From Somniosus microcephalus (Eukaryota), in assembly GCA_052327205.1 (NCBI GenBank), contig CM126202.1, forward strand, positions 105,338,001 to 105,402,000: 64,000 bases of DNA, in the 5' to 3' direction. Each line of letters opens with the position of its first letter. The stretch's first letter is position 1. This document shows positions 1 through 12,392 of this stretch, one piece after another. The translations under genes and the position numbers were made by a program. The notes beneath the pieces were generated by a model that worked only from the letters and a program-made list of their open reading frames with translations, did no database searches and was not told the DNA's origin.

Positions 1-1
1 T

Positions 2-129
2 GTCGGCGGGAATCTCGAGCGGTAGAGCGGGGATGTAAAAGTCCCAGAGACCAGGTAAGGCCTCACGGCGTCGGCGGGAATCCTGAGCGGCAGAGCGGGG
101 CTATAAAAGTCCCAGAGACCAGGTAAGGC
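2..129 (+). repeat. Tandem 68-bp-period monomers in the CR1 5'UTR
   Basis: GTCGGCGGGAATC..GAGCGG.AGAGCGGGG....AAAAGTCCCAGAGACCAGGTAAGGC occurs at 2-61 and 70-129. Confidence 0.9.
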
Positions 130-337
130 GTACCCGTCTCCAGTCTGGAAGGAGAGAGGTAAAAAGTAATCCAAATGTGACGTCACCAGAAAGCGGGTAA
201 GTGATTGGTTGGTAAGTACTTCTCCATTTTTAAGCTTAAATCTCTTTGGTTTATAGTTTCTAAGGTGTGATATTCACCATCTAGAATCGGGGCAGAGGAT
301 ATTTAAGAATAATAATAAATTTAATTAATTACATAGA

Positions 338-1278
338 ATGGGAGATCAGGCGATGTGTTGCTGCTGCAATATGTGGGAGCTGGTGAACACCATTGATGCT
401 CACAGTGATCACATTTGCAGTAAGTGTTGGCTGCTCGAGGAACTCCGGCTCCGTGTTGAAGAGCTGGAGTCCGAGCTTCAAACACTGAGACACATCAGGG
501 AGGGGGAGAGTTACCTGGACTCTGTGTATCACGAGGTAGTCACACCAATTAGATTAATTAATTCAGATGTAGTCCGTGGCCAGGGTCAGGATGGTGTGAC
601 TAGAAGTGAGGCAGGTACGGGGATCCAGGAGGTAGTGTTGGAGGAGCCGCAGCCCTTGCACTTGTCCAACAGGTTCGAGGCTCTTACTCCCTGTGAGGAT
701 GGAAACAGGGACTGCGGGGAGGATGAGCAACCTGGCCACAGCACCGTGGAGCGGGGGGCCATTCAAGTGGGGGGAGTTAAAAGAAATGTTGTAGTGGTAG
801 GGGATAGTATCGTTAGGGGGATAGATAGAGTTCTTTGCAGCCGAGAGCGAGAGTCCCGAAGGCTGTGTTGCCTGCCCGGTGCCAGGGTTAAGGACATCTC
901 CTCTGGACTGGAGAGAAACTTGGAGTGGGAGGGGGAGGATCCAGTTGTCGTGGTCCATGTTGGTACCAACGACATAGATAGGACAAGGAAGGAGGTTCTG
1001 CTGAGGGAGTTTGAGCAGCTAGGGGCCAAATTAAAAAGCAGAACCACAAGGGTAATAATGAGCCACGAGCGAATTTGGCTAGGACAAATAAAATCAGAGA
1101 GTTAAATGCGTGGCTCAAAGACTGGTGTGGGAGAAATGGGTTTTGCTTCCTGGGACACTGGCACCAGTACTGGGGCAGGAGGGAGCTGTTCCGTTGGGAC
1201 GGGCTTCACTTGGCCAGTGCTGGGACTAGAGTCCTGGCGGATCATATAACTAGGGCTGTAGAGAGGGCTTTAAACTAA
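338..1278 (+). pseudogene. CR1 ORF1 (Zn finger + leucine zipper + SGNH/GDSL esterase), frameshifted near 1060
   Basis: Motifs CCCC..HICSKC, LRLRVEELESELQTL, VVVGDSIVR, VHVGTND and DGLHL, split over ORFs 338-1105 and 1075-1278. Confidence 0.93.
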
Positions 1279-1316
1279 CTAGTGGGGGGGAGGTTCCTAG
1301 AGAGCAAATAATAAAA

Positions 1317-4266
1317 ATGACAACAGAGAAGGTCATAGACTTAGGTAGCAGTGGGGAAATTAAAAACCAGAGCGTGTCAGGAAGGGGCAGAAGGTATGGA
1401 GTAAAAGGTAAAGTAATAAAAAGGGCAAAAGCAGGAACTAAGTGTCACAAAACATATTTGAAAGTTCTCTATCTGAATGCACCTAGCATTCGTAACAAAA
1501 TAGACGAGTTAATGGCACAAATAACTACATATGGGTATGATCTTGTGGCCATTACAGAAACATGGCTGCAGGGTGACAATGCCTGGGAATTAAACATACC
1601 AGGTTATTTAACGATCAGGAAGGACAGGCAGGAAGGAAGGGGAGGTGGGGTGGCTATGTTAATAAAGGAAGGAATCACTAATACAGAGAAATGATATTTG
1701 GTCAAAAGATCAGGATAATGAAACAGTTTGGGTGGAGGTAAGGAATAATAAGGGGAAAAAAACACTAGTGGGCGTAGTCTATAGGCCTCCGAACAGTGGC
1801 AACTCTGTTGGACGGAGTATCAATCAGGAAATAGTTGAGGCTTGTAATAAGGGAACATCTATAATTATGGGGGATTTCAACTATCCTATTAATTGGACAA
1901 ATCAAATTGGGCAGGGCTGCCTTGAGGATGAGTTCGTTGAGTGTATTAGGGATGGGTTTCTTGAGCAGTATGTAACTGAACCGACCAGGGGGCAAGCAAC
2001 CTTAGATCTGGTCCTGTGTAACGAGATGGGATTAATTAAAAATGTCCTAGTAAAGGATCCCCTTGGAATGAGTGACCATAACATGGTTGAATTCCATATT
2101 CAATTAGAGGGTGAGAAGGTTGGATCTCAAACAAGCGTGCTAAGCTTGAATGAAGGAGACTATGAAGGTATGAGAGCGGAATTGAGTAGAGTGGATTGGG
2201 AAAATAGATTAAAGGGTAAGACGATACATGATCAGTGGTGTACATTTAAGGAGTTATTTTACAACTTCCAAAAAAAATATATTCCACTGAGAAGAAAAGG
2301 GTGTAAAAGAAAAGACAGCCATCCGTGGCTAAGTAAAGAAATTAAGGATAGTATTCGACTAAAAACAAGGGCATATAAGGTAGCCAAATCTAGTGGGAGG
2401 ATAGAGGATTGGGAAAACTTTAAAAGACAGCAAAAAATAACACAAAGATTGATTAAGAAAGGGAAGGTAGATTATGAAAGTAAATTAGCAAAAAATATAA
2501 AAACAGATAGTAAGAGTTTTTATAGTTATATAAAAAGAAAAAGGGTGGCTAAAGTAAATGTTGGTCCCTTAGAGGATGAGACCGGGAAATTAATGGTGGG
2601 AAATATGGAGATGGCAAAAACACTGAATGAATATTTTACTTCAGTCTTTACAGTAGAAGACACTAAGAATATCCCAACACTGGACAAACAGGGGGCTAAA
2701 GGGGGGGAGGAGCTAAACACGATCAAAATCACTAAGGAAGTGGTACTCGGTAAAATAATGGGAGTCAAGGCGGATAAATCACCTGGACCTGATGGCTTAC
2801 ATCCTAGGGTCTTGAGGGAAGTGGCGGTAGGGATTGTGGATGCATTGGTAATAATTTTCCAAAACTCCCTGGACTCGGCAAAGGTCCCGGCAGACTGGAA
2901 AACTGCTAATGTAACACCCTTATTTAAAAAGGGCAGTAGACAGAAGGCTGGAAACTAAAGACCGGTTAGCCTAACATCTGTGGTAGGTAAAATTTTGGAG
3001 TCCATTATTAAGGAGACAGTAACAGGACATTTGGATAATCATAATTTAATAGGACAAAGTCAGCATGGTTTTATGAAAGGGAAGTCATGTTTGACAAATT
3101 TGCTGGAGTTCTTTGAGGAAGTAACGTATAGGGGGGATAAAGGGGAACCAGTGGACATAGTGTATTTAGACTTCCAAAAGGCATTTGACAAGGTGCCACA
3201 CAAAAGATTATTGCTTAAGATAAAAAATCACGGGATTGGGGGTAATATTCTGGCATGGATAGAGGATTGGCTATCTAACAGAAGGCAGAGAGTTGGGATA
3301 AATGGTTCATTCTCAGACTGGCAATCACTAACTAGTGGTGTTCCGCAGGGGTCAGTACTAGGTCCCCAACTCTTTACAATCTATATTAACGATTTGGAGG
3401 AGGGGACCGAGTGTAACATATCAAAGTTTGCAGATGATACTAAGATGGGAGGGAAAGTAGTGAGTGAGGAGGACATAAAAAACCTGCAAGGGGACATAGA
3501 CAGGCTAAGTAAGTGGGCAGAGATTTGGCAGATGGAATACAATACTGGAAAGTGTGAGGTTATGCACTTTGGCAGGAAAAATCGTAGAGCAAGTTATTAT
3601 CTTAATGGCAACAAACTGGAAAGTACTGAAGTACAAAGGGATCTGGGGGTCCTGGTGCACGAAACTCAAAAGGTTAGTATGCAAGTGCAGCAAGTGATTA
3701 AGAAGGCCAATGGAATGTTGGCTTTCATTGCTAGGGGGATAGAATATAAAAATAGGGAGGTATTGCTTCAGTTGTACAAGGTATTGGTGAGACCGCACCT
3801 GGAATACTGCGTACAGTTTTGGTGTCCATACTTAAGAAAGGACATACTTGCTCTCGAGTCAGTACAAAGAAGGTTCACTCGGTTAATCCCGGGGATGAGG
3901 GGATGGACATATGAGGAGAGGTTGAGTAGATTGGGACTCTACTCATTGGAGTGCAGAAGAATGACAGGCGATCTTATTGAAACATATAAGATTGTGAAGG
4001 GGTTGGATCGGGTGGATGTGGGGAAGATGTTCCCGATGATGGGTGAAACTAGAACTAGGGGGCATAGTTTTAGAATAAGGGGCTGCTCTTTCAAAACTGA
4101 GATGAGGAGGAACTACTTCACTCAGAGGGTGGTAGGTCCATGGAATATGCTGCCCCAAAAAGCTGTAGAAGCTACATCATTACATAAATTTAAAACAGAA
4201 ATAGACAGTTTCCTAGAAGTAAAGGGAATTAAGGGTTACGGGGAGCGGGCAGGAATTTGGACATGA
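1317..4266 (+). pseudogene. CR1 ORF2 (APE endonuclease + reverse transcriptase), frameshift near 1690 and in-frame stop at 2956-2958
   Basis: Motifs YLNA.SI, ITETWL, GVVYRPP, MGDFN, SDHN, KSPGPDG, QHGF, YLDFQKAFD, GVPQGSVLGP, KFADD and RPHLEYC. Confidence 0.96.
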
Positions 4267-4487
4267 GTCTAGGTTCGGATCGGTCATGGCCCTGTGGGTA
4301 GCGGAGCGGGCCCAGGGGCCGTGTAGCCTGATCCTGCTCCTATTTCGTGTGTCTAATTCTGTTAGATTCAGGAGATGGTTCTGTGATAGTGGATTGGCGG
4401 TTAGGATCAGATCAGCCATGATATTGAATGGCGGAGCAGGCTCGAGGGGCCGATTGGCCTACTCCTCCTATTTCTTATGTTCTTATG

Positions 4488-4813
4488 GATGTTCCCGATG
4501 GTCGGGGAGTCCAGAACCAGGGGTCACAGTCTAAGGATAAGGGGTAAGCCATTTAGGACAGAGATGAGGAGGAATTTCTTCACCCAGAGATTGGTGAACC
4601 TGTGGAATTCTCTACCACAGAAGGCAGTTGAGGGGAATTCATTAAATATATTCAAGAAGGAGTTGGATATATTTCTTAATGCTAAAGGGATCAAGGGATA
4701 TGGGGAGAAAGCAGGGACCGGGTACTGAATTTGGATGATCAGCCATGATCGCATTGAGTGGCGGAGCAGGCTCAAGGGGCCAAATGGCCTACTCCTCCTA
4801 TCTTCTATGTTTC
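4488..4813 (+). mobile_element. 5'-truncated CR1 3' end abutting the tail of the first CR1
   Basis: Encodes MFPMVGESRTRGHSL..RRNFFTQR..WNSLP, then a 3'UTR ending TCTTCTATGTTTC. Closely resembles the reverse complement of the 3' end of the CR1 at 12393. Confidence 0.9.
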
Positions 4814-4859
4814 AACCACGAGTTGCATCAGAGCTGCACCATTCTTGTCCACATTTGAC

Positions 4860-5040
4860 ATCCACATGTGAGCACTTTTCACTGCGTAGGAATCTGGAGT
4901 GGGAACCTTGGCTCACTTTTTCCTCCCTAGACTAGGGGCACCAAGGCCAATTGTAGAGTTTCCACTGTTACCCTGGCTGAGTTGAGCTAAATGAATCCTG
5001 TGAACTTCCTTGTCTTTATGGCTCAGTTACATACTTGTAT
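4860..5040 (-). mobile_element. LF-SINE-like SINE fragment
   Basis: Reverse complement carries the TTAGCT..CTCAGCC / CTACAATTGGCCT / GGGAGG motif series shared with the copies at 36415, 40480 and 43565. Confidence 0.5.
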
Positions 5041-5530
5041 TTCAGAATATATAAGCCCCTGGTTTAGAGGTTTACTGTGAGAATTAGTCAAGATGCTTGC
5101 CATATCCACTAAATATTTTTATGAAAAACTAATTAACAATATTCCTGCCATCTACTTTCTGGGTTTTAATTCTGCCAGTCTAGGTTAGACCAGCAAGAGG
5201 AAGACTGAAAGCGTTGGAGTGGAGATTTTGTAAAAGACTTATTGTTAAAACAGATAAGAATTATGAACTACAGGAAAATGGAATGACCAGTGGAGATTCT
5301 GAGAAAGAAGTAAATGCATGACTTCTAATTGAGCAGCTGCAGTTGTTCTGCATGCTGCATTTGGAGTGGGAAGTGTCATTTTCTGAAGTAGCAGCATTTT
5401 TAGCAAATGGTTTTTTGCCATTTACTGGCTCTTTATAAGCAGGAATGGAGTGAGACCTGGCTTAAAAGCGTGCCTGGCACATTCTGAACAGCCAGAAGCA
5501 GCAGGTTAGTGATTAATGGGCAGTGGTTCC

Positions 5531-5711
5531 TGTTGTGTATGTACCTTTAAGGGAATAACTGGTCTCAGACTGCAGTACCGGCAGTGACCGCCCCTGTATA
5601 AAAGGCCCTAGCAGGCTTCTGTAGTTTCAGTTTCCAGGTTGTCTCCATTCAGTAAAGACTTGTTATAATCAACTCCTGCAGTCCGTGTCTCAATTATACA
5701 CGGACATAATA
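5531..5711 (+). repeat. 5' LTR (181 bp, TG...TA)
   Basis: Direct repeat of 10472-10653, differing by 3 substitutions and 1 indel. Contains TATAAAA and AGTAAA. Confidence 0.95.
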
Positions 5712-5712
5712 C

Positions 5713-5722
5713 CGGCGACGAG
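5713..5722 (+). promoter_or_regulatory. Primer-binding site, tRNA-Ser(GCT)-type, first base variant
   Basis: CGGCGACGAG lies directly after the LTR. TGGCGACGAG would pair with the tRNA-Ser 3' end CTCGTCGCCA. Confidence 0.75.
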
Positions 5723-6416
5723 TAAGAAACGAACTAACCTGCAACTCAGCAGCACCTCAGACGACGTTATTGAAGGTCAAAGCCAGAAGAAAGAAGAAAA
5801 AAAAATAATCCGAAGAAACTCGAGAAACGGGCGTCGACCGTGGACAACCGCCCTCCAAATCATCGAATTGAAAAGTGCAGGAGAGACTGTCGAGAGCCAG
5901 GCTTGGTTCTCCAGTCTGTGGTTTCCCAGCTAATCGGGCTGGTGGCAGGTAGTGCACTGATCCTTCCTGGGCTGCGGCGGGCTAGAGCTCGATCGGGTGG
6001 CTCTGCAACGGGGCCGGGCAGCGAGTCAGGAAGCCAAGAGAGAGAGAGAGAGGGTGGAGCACACAGGGCGCGGCCGGTGCTTCGAAGCCAGGCAGCGTTC
6101 GGACCCAAGAAGAGGGAGGGAAGTGTCCCAGAGGGTCCGCTCCACGACGGGAACGGTTCTTCAATTAACGGAGCAAATATTGAAGCGCGATAGAAAAATA
6201 AAAATACCGCGGAGAGCGGCGTTAGCAGCAGCGATCGGGGAGGCGCGAAGACCATAGGGTGTCGCCATTACAGGATAGTAAAATAAATATAATTGCCAGC
6301 AGCGGCGGGAGGCGCCATCTTAACTCGGCGGGGAAGAAGGAAAAGTGCGGGAGGCGCCATTTTGATCCATCGGGGACGAAGACAAAGCGCGGGAGGCGCC
6401 ATCTTAGATTTTCAAG

Positions 6417-9400
6417 ATGCCAAAGACTGGCGATATCACTGCCTTCGATAATGCAATAGAAGACTGGACCACGTATGTGGAAAGAGTCGAGGTATATTGC
6501 GAGGCAAACGAAATAGCCGATGAGAAAAAGGCATCGGTATTGCTAAATTTAATGGGCGCAAGAACGTACGGCCTATTGCGGGACCTGATTACTCCAGCCA
6601 AACCGAAGGCGAAGAGTTTTAACAAAATTGTTGCTATCCTACAGGAACACCTAAATCCTACACCGCTGCTGATAGCAGAAAGATTTAAATTCCACAGGAG
6701 AAATCAGCATAAAAATGAGAGCAATGCTGATTACCTTACGGAACTACGCAAGCTATCAAAGCACTGCCAGTTCGGAGCAGTACTGGCAGATACCTTACGG
6801 GACAAATTTGTCTGTGGACTCCTGAGTGAAGGAACCCAGAAGAGGTTACTCTCAGAGAAAGAGCTGACGCTAGATAAGGCTTTCAGCGTGGCAGTATCGT
6901 ACGAAGCAGCAGCAAGGAGAGCTGCGGAAATACAACAAAAGCCACAGGAATACGGCACCCACGAAATGACACGGGGATTTGCAAAATGTTATCGCTGCGG
7001 CAGAACAAACCATGACCAGAAGGACTGCTGGTCCAAGGACAAAATATGCAGGCAATGCGGAAAGATGGGACACATTGCACGAGTTTGCAGGTCTGGGAAG
7101 AAGACCAACGACAACAAAAAGGCTACTAAGGAACCGTACAGGAAAGTACAAAAGATGACGGACAGTAGTTCCGAAGACCAGATGAGCGATAGTGAATCCG
7201 GGAACAAGAGACTAAGCTGTCTCAAACTTCACAACGTAATCGCAAAAGAGGATCACCGAACCATTTGGGTCACCCTTACGATAGCAGGGTCCCAAGTCAA
7301 AATGGAATTGGATACAGGATCAGCTCTAACCGTCATGAATCGACGAGACTACGAGCGGCTATTCTCACACATACCCTTGAGAGAGACATCCATTGTCTTG
7401 AGGACGTATACGGGGCAAAAAGTATACCCCAGAGGAAAAATAAGGGTGCCTATCGAATACAGCGGCAAGAAAATACGGAAATTGTATCTCTACATTCTGC
7501 AAGATGGTGGACCACCGTTATTGGGACGTGAATGGATCAGAAAGATAAGTTTAGACTGGCACTCCATTCAGGCACTGACGGTGGCTGGTAAAAAGGATGA
7601 CGACGTCACACCTGGACGATTGTCAACAATCTTGGCTGACGCCAAAGAGGTATTTCAACAAGAACTGGGCATTCTTAAAGGCGTAACTGCCTCGATAAAA
7701 ATAGAGGAGAATGCAATTCCCAAGTTTTTCAAAGCAAGACCGGTACCATATGCAATTCGCCCAGCCGTCGAGGCAGAGCTGGAGAATCTGGAGAATGCAG
7801 GCGTGTTATCTAAGGTAGACTGGAGCGAGTGGGCGACACCCATCGTTCCTGTCATGAAGAAAACGTTAAACAATAAGTCTGAGGAGCCAAGGAAGGTTCG
7901 CATCTGTGGGGACTTCAAGGTGACGGTGAACCCAGTCCTTCACACAGTACAATATCCTCTTCCAAGGATATACGATATCTTCGCCTCACTATCTGGAGGG
8001 AAGCTTTTTACAAAAATTGACCTAGCACAAGCATATTTGCAGATGGAGGTTGAAGAATCCTCTAGGAAGTATCTCACGATAAACACTCACAAAGGTCTTT
8101 ACCAGTATAATCGACTGGTATTCGGAGTTGCATCAGCTCCGGCTATATGGCAAAGAGCGATGGAACAAGTCCTGCAAGGGATTTCGGGGACTCTGTTACT
8201 TGGATGACATCCTAGTGACAGGTGAAGATGACAGTGAACACCTTGCCAACCTAGAGCAGGTGCTCTCTAGACTACGTGAACATGGGCTGCGAGCCAATCG
8301 CCCCAAGTGCGAGTTTTTTAAGAAACAGGTATCGTATTGTGGCCACGTGATTGATGAAGAGGGGTTGCATAAGTCCCCTGACAAAATTGAAGCGGTAGTT
8401 AAGGCTCCAGCGCCTGAAAATGTGTCGCAACTGAGGTCATTCCTCGGATTGGTGAATTACTACCATAAGTTTTTGCCGAATTTGTCCACAATTCTGCATC
8501 CACTGAACGCCCTACTACGAACGGGAGTAGCATGGAAATGGAGCGATGAATGTAAGCGGGCCTTTCAGAAGAGTAAGGACCTAATCACTTCAAGAGAAGT
8601 ATTGGCTCACTACAACCCATCACTACCGATAAGACTGGCATGTGATGCGTCTCCCTACGGCATTGGGGCGGTACTGTCACATAAATTCCTTGATGGTTCA
8701 GAGAGGTCGATAGCTTTTGCGTCACGCTCGTTAACTTCAGCCGAGCGTAACTATGCCCAGATTGACAGAGGGGCCCTCAGCCTGGTGTGGGGGGTGAAGA
8801 AGTTCAATCACTACCTGCACGGTCAGAAATTTACTCTACTAACTGATCATCAACCTCTTGTCTCCATTTTCAACAGTCAGAAGGGCGTACCGATAATGAC
8901 AGCACAACGGCTACAGAGGTGGTCCCTTTTCCTAGGGGCACACCAATATGACATCGAGTACAAAGGAACTAAAGAGCATTGGAATGCTGATGGATTGTCG
9001 CGCCTACCGTTGCCGACGGTGGAAGAAGAACTGGCAGTGGATCCAGTGGAGTTTCTACTCGACTATAGTCTAATGTCTCCCTGTGACGAATGCAAACATA
9101 GAAAAGTAAACACGAAATGACTCGACACTCTCCTGGGTCTATGATTTAACAGTGAAGGGATGGCCAGCACATGGCGAACCACTGCTGCCAGCATTCTCGC
9201 CGAGAAGAGAACAGCTGTCAGTGTGCAGAGAAACCTTGATGTGTGGATCCAGAGTAGTAATTCCACCCAAATTGAAGGATAGAGTGCTCAATGAGCTTCA
9301 TGAGGGTCATCTGGGAGGGGTAAAAATGAAGAACTTAGCCAGAGCGTTTGCGTGGTGGCCGGGAATTGATAGAGAAATCGAAGAGATGACCAAGAGCTGT

Positions 9401-10369
9401 ACAGGATGCCAGAAGGTCCAAAACGCCCCACCACAAGCCCCTCTACATCCATGGGAGTGGCCCTCATCTCCATGGCAAAGGGTGCACATTGATTTTGCTG
9501 GTCCATTTATGGACTCGATGTTTTTAATTGCGGTGGATGCACATTCAAAGTGGCCAGAAGTAATAAAAATGTCCTCAACCACCACAGAAAAAACTATCAC
9601 AGTCTTACGAACCATATTCGCCAGGAATGGGCTGCCTGAACAGATTTGCTCTGACAATGGACCACAGTTTGTGTCTGAAGAGTTCCGGAGGTTCTTAAAG
9701 AACAATGGTGTTAAGCATTACACATCCGCCCCATATCATCCAGCCACTAATGGATTGGCCGAGAGGTTTGTTCAAACATTCAAGAAGGCTATCAAGGCAA
9801 TGTGTAATGAAGATATACCCCTACAACACAAGGTGGACAACTTCTTGTTTGCCTACCGGAATGCGACACATGCGGTTACCAACCAAACTCCAGCCATGAT
9901 GTTCTTCAATCGAAGACTACGATGCCGCTTGGATTTGGTTAAGCCAAACATCAGAAGAGATGTGGAGAACAGGCAGTTTCAGAATATGAATGAAAGGCCG
10001 ACCAGGAGTTTTAAGATAGGTCAACCAGTTTTGGCCCGGGACTACCGCACAGAGAAATGGCAGCCAGGAACGATCTGTACACGGCAAGGACCTCTAATGT
10101 ATACCGTGGACGTTGGAGAGAGCATTGTAAGACGCCATGCTGACCAGATTCTAGAGTCACTGGAAAACGTCAACTCCACACCACGATCTGATACACCTGG
10201 CGATGAAACCGAAGTACCAATTGCATCTACTGCAGAATCGGTGATATTGGAAGCAGACGAACCAAACAACGACATTGATCCCGACTCAAACTCGCCAGAA
10301 GAACCTGATACCCCAAAGAGGCGTTATCCAGACAGAATCAGGAAGCCTCCTCAAAGACTGAACTTATAA
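6417..10369 (+). pseudogene. gag-pol polyprotein (2 CCHC knuckles, aspartyl protease, RT, RNase H, integrase), frameshifted near 8190 and 9060-9150
   Basis: Motifs CYRCGRTNHDQKDC, CRQCGKMGHIARVC, LDTGS, RICGDFK, YLDDIL, CDASPYGIG, TDHQPL, HEGH..CTGC, HIDFAGP, SDNGPQF and NGLAER. Confidence 0.96.
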
Positions 10370-10457
10370 TTGCTTAACTTCAACCAATGTATCTAGCAAC
10401 CGTAATTGTAATTAGTTATTATTTAGTTGTTAAATGAATGTTATGTACTGTTTATCT

Positions 10458-10470
10458 AAAAGGGGAGGAA
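10458..10470 (+). promoter_or_regulatory. Polypurine tract
   Basis: AAAAGGGGAGGAA, 1 nt upstream of the 3' LTR. Confidence 0.9.
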
Positions 10471-10471
10471 T

Positions 10472-10653
10472 TGTTGTGTATGTACCTTTTAAGGGAATAA
10501 CTGGTCTCAGACTGCAGTACCGGCAGTGACCACCCCTGTATAGAAGGCCCTAGCAGGCTTCTGTAGTTTCAGTTTCCAGGTTGTCTCCATTCAGTAAAGA
10601 CTTGTTATAATCAACTCCTGCAGTCCGTGTCTCAATTATACACGGACATCATA
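10472..10653 (+). repeat. 3' LTR (182 bp)
   Basis: Direct repeat of 5531-5711, followed by TSD GTTCC. Confidence 0.95.
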
Positions 10654-10794
10654 GTTCCAAGAAGGGATTGATGTCAAGAGAGCAGAAGCAAGCATAATGG
10701 GGAGTAAAGCCTTGTGACTTTCCTGTGGATCAAGGTCAAGATGAGTTTAGCTACAAAAGTATAACTCCTTAATAATGACTTGAGGTTTCAATAA

Positions 10795-11095
10795 AGGAAA
10801 GGACTTGCATTTTTACAGTGCTTTTCACGACCACGGGACATCCCAAAGCACTTTACAGCCAATGAGGTACTTTTTGAAGTGTTGAAGAGGAGATGCATGA
10901 CCAGATAATTTTTTTTTTTTTTTAGTGATTTTGATTGAGATGAATATTGGCCAGGACATCCAGAGAAGCTCCCTGCTTTTTAAATAGTGCCATGGGATCT
11001 TTTAGCTCCACCTGAGGGGGCCTCGGTTTAAAGTCTCACTCCCTCAGTGCTGCACTGAAGCGTCAGCCTGGATTATCTGCTCAAGTCTCTGGAAT
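10795..11095 (-). mobile_element. Deu-domain SINE (SacSINE1/AmnSINE-like)
   Basis: Tail GACTTGCATTT..CTTTTCACGACC..CCCAAAGCACTTTACAGCCAATG..CTTTTTGAAGTG and body GTGCCATGGGATCTTTT; same family as the copies at 31954, 32666 and 54254. Confidence 0.75.
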
Positions 11096-12081
11096 TAATA
11101 ATCCAAATCCTGAACCTTTCTGGGATGTCAAGTGCTGTTTACTTGATTCTTTGGGAATTAGGGAGTGAAGTAGAATAATATACGTTTTAATTTTTTTTTT
11201 TTAAATACCTTTTTGCAAGGCACAGTATGATGTAAAAGTCAGTTCTTGGAACAGAGGTGAGCAAAGAACAAGGCAGATGAGTTTAAATCCCACAGTGTAT
11301 ATCTCTCAATTGTTTTAGTAGATGGTGCTGAGCTGAAGTCTTTGCTCTATGGAATCCGAAGCCCAAGGTGTGATGTTGTGTGGGTGTTTGAAAAATGTTA
11401 GTGTTGAGCTGACGTTTTTGCTTTATGGAGTCCAGAGGCGCAGTGTGTGCCACACAGTGCTGTGTTGAAGTGCAGATGCGGAATTCTCATGCTGTCAGTG
11501 GCATTCCTGAACATAAATGACTTACCATCTGTAAAGCTATTGAAAAGTGGAGACCCAGTGTTGTCAGCAGAACTCTAATATATAAAGGGTTTCAAATACG
11601 TCTTTGTCAGATATGGTTTTCCTTTTTTTGGCTCTTGAACTTTCAAAGATTAGCCATCCATGGTATAGTTAGTTTAGTTGCATGAAACATTTTCTTTAAG
11701 TCTAATCAAATTACGTGTAATTGGATTTGTAAACTGTAGAACCAAATAGCACGCAAAGGGAGTGATTTTCGCATCATACAGGAATATATGGAGAGCTCTG
11801 ATCGGTTGTGTCACTCTTGCGGAGTCCTCCAACAAAAGAACATGGTTATAAATCATCACTGGAAAAAAATCATTTCAACAGAACTTTCCACAGGAAGTGA
11901 GGTGGCTGTAGCAGGCGTTTTGCCAGGAGACCTGAAAAATCCACTGAGTCTTTGGACTGGGCAAAAGGTAAAGCAAGAGAGAGGAAATTCCCGCTCTTTT
12001 TATGCTACACAGCACAGCAGAGAACCTTTTGCCTTCATTTTATACATGGTTACTGTTTCTTCATTATGCATCGCTTATGCA

Positions 12082-12392
12082 GGGGGGAATTTTAACCCCA
12101 AAAGCAGGTTGTTTGGGGTCGGGTAGGAGTTTAAAGTGTTTAAAAAAAAAAAAAAAATTTAAAAAAACCTCACCTCCAACTTGCCCACTTCTGGTTTTAA
12201 TGGGGGTGGAGGGGCAACCAATCCACTCCTAGGAGGAGTGTCGCCCGTTTAAATATTATGAGGCTGCGTGCCTCAGATTTAACCACCGTTTCAAATTTAA
12301 CTGTGGCTGCTTGGGTTTCTCAGACCTCCGGAACCCCATCAGCTAAAGGAAGGCGAGGACTGCTGGATCCAGGAGGTAAGCGCCTTCGTACT
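12082..12392. mobile_element. Left part of a non-autonomous DNA transposon, apparently interrupted by the CR1 and resuming at about 16400-16790
   Basis: Starts GGGGGAATTTTAACCC (TIR-like) and is GC-rich and non-coding. The CR1 tail begins abruptly at 12393. Confidence 0.45.

Larger units (their letters stand above)
1..4487 (+). mobile_element. CR1-clade LINE, near full length (5' end may extend left of the window), disabled by frameshifts and a stop
   Basis: GC-rich 5'UTR with tandem monomers, then ORF1 (Zn finger/leucine zipper/SGNH) and ORF2 (APE+RT). The 3'UTR ends in a stem-loop and an (TTCTTATG)n tail at about 4472-4487. Confidence 0.95.
5531..10653 (+). mobile_element. Full-length Ty3/Gypsy LTR retrotransposon (Mag-like, K02A2.6-type polyprotein)
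   Basis: Paired LTRs, 5-bp TSD GTTCC (5526-5530 and 10654-10658), PBS, PPT, and domain order gag-PR-RT-RH-IN. Confidence 0.97.

Noticed and set aside
5840-6257. Overlapping ORFs in the Gypsy leader
   Set aside because: GC-rich low-complexity leader that is open in several frames and strands, with no motif.
2-6419. CRISPR-like repeat-spacer reading of the short direct repeats
   Set aside because: Eukaryotic transposon context, only 2-3 copies, and no cas genes.
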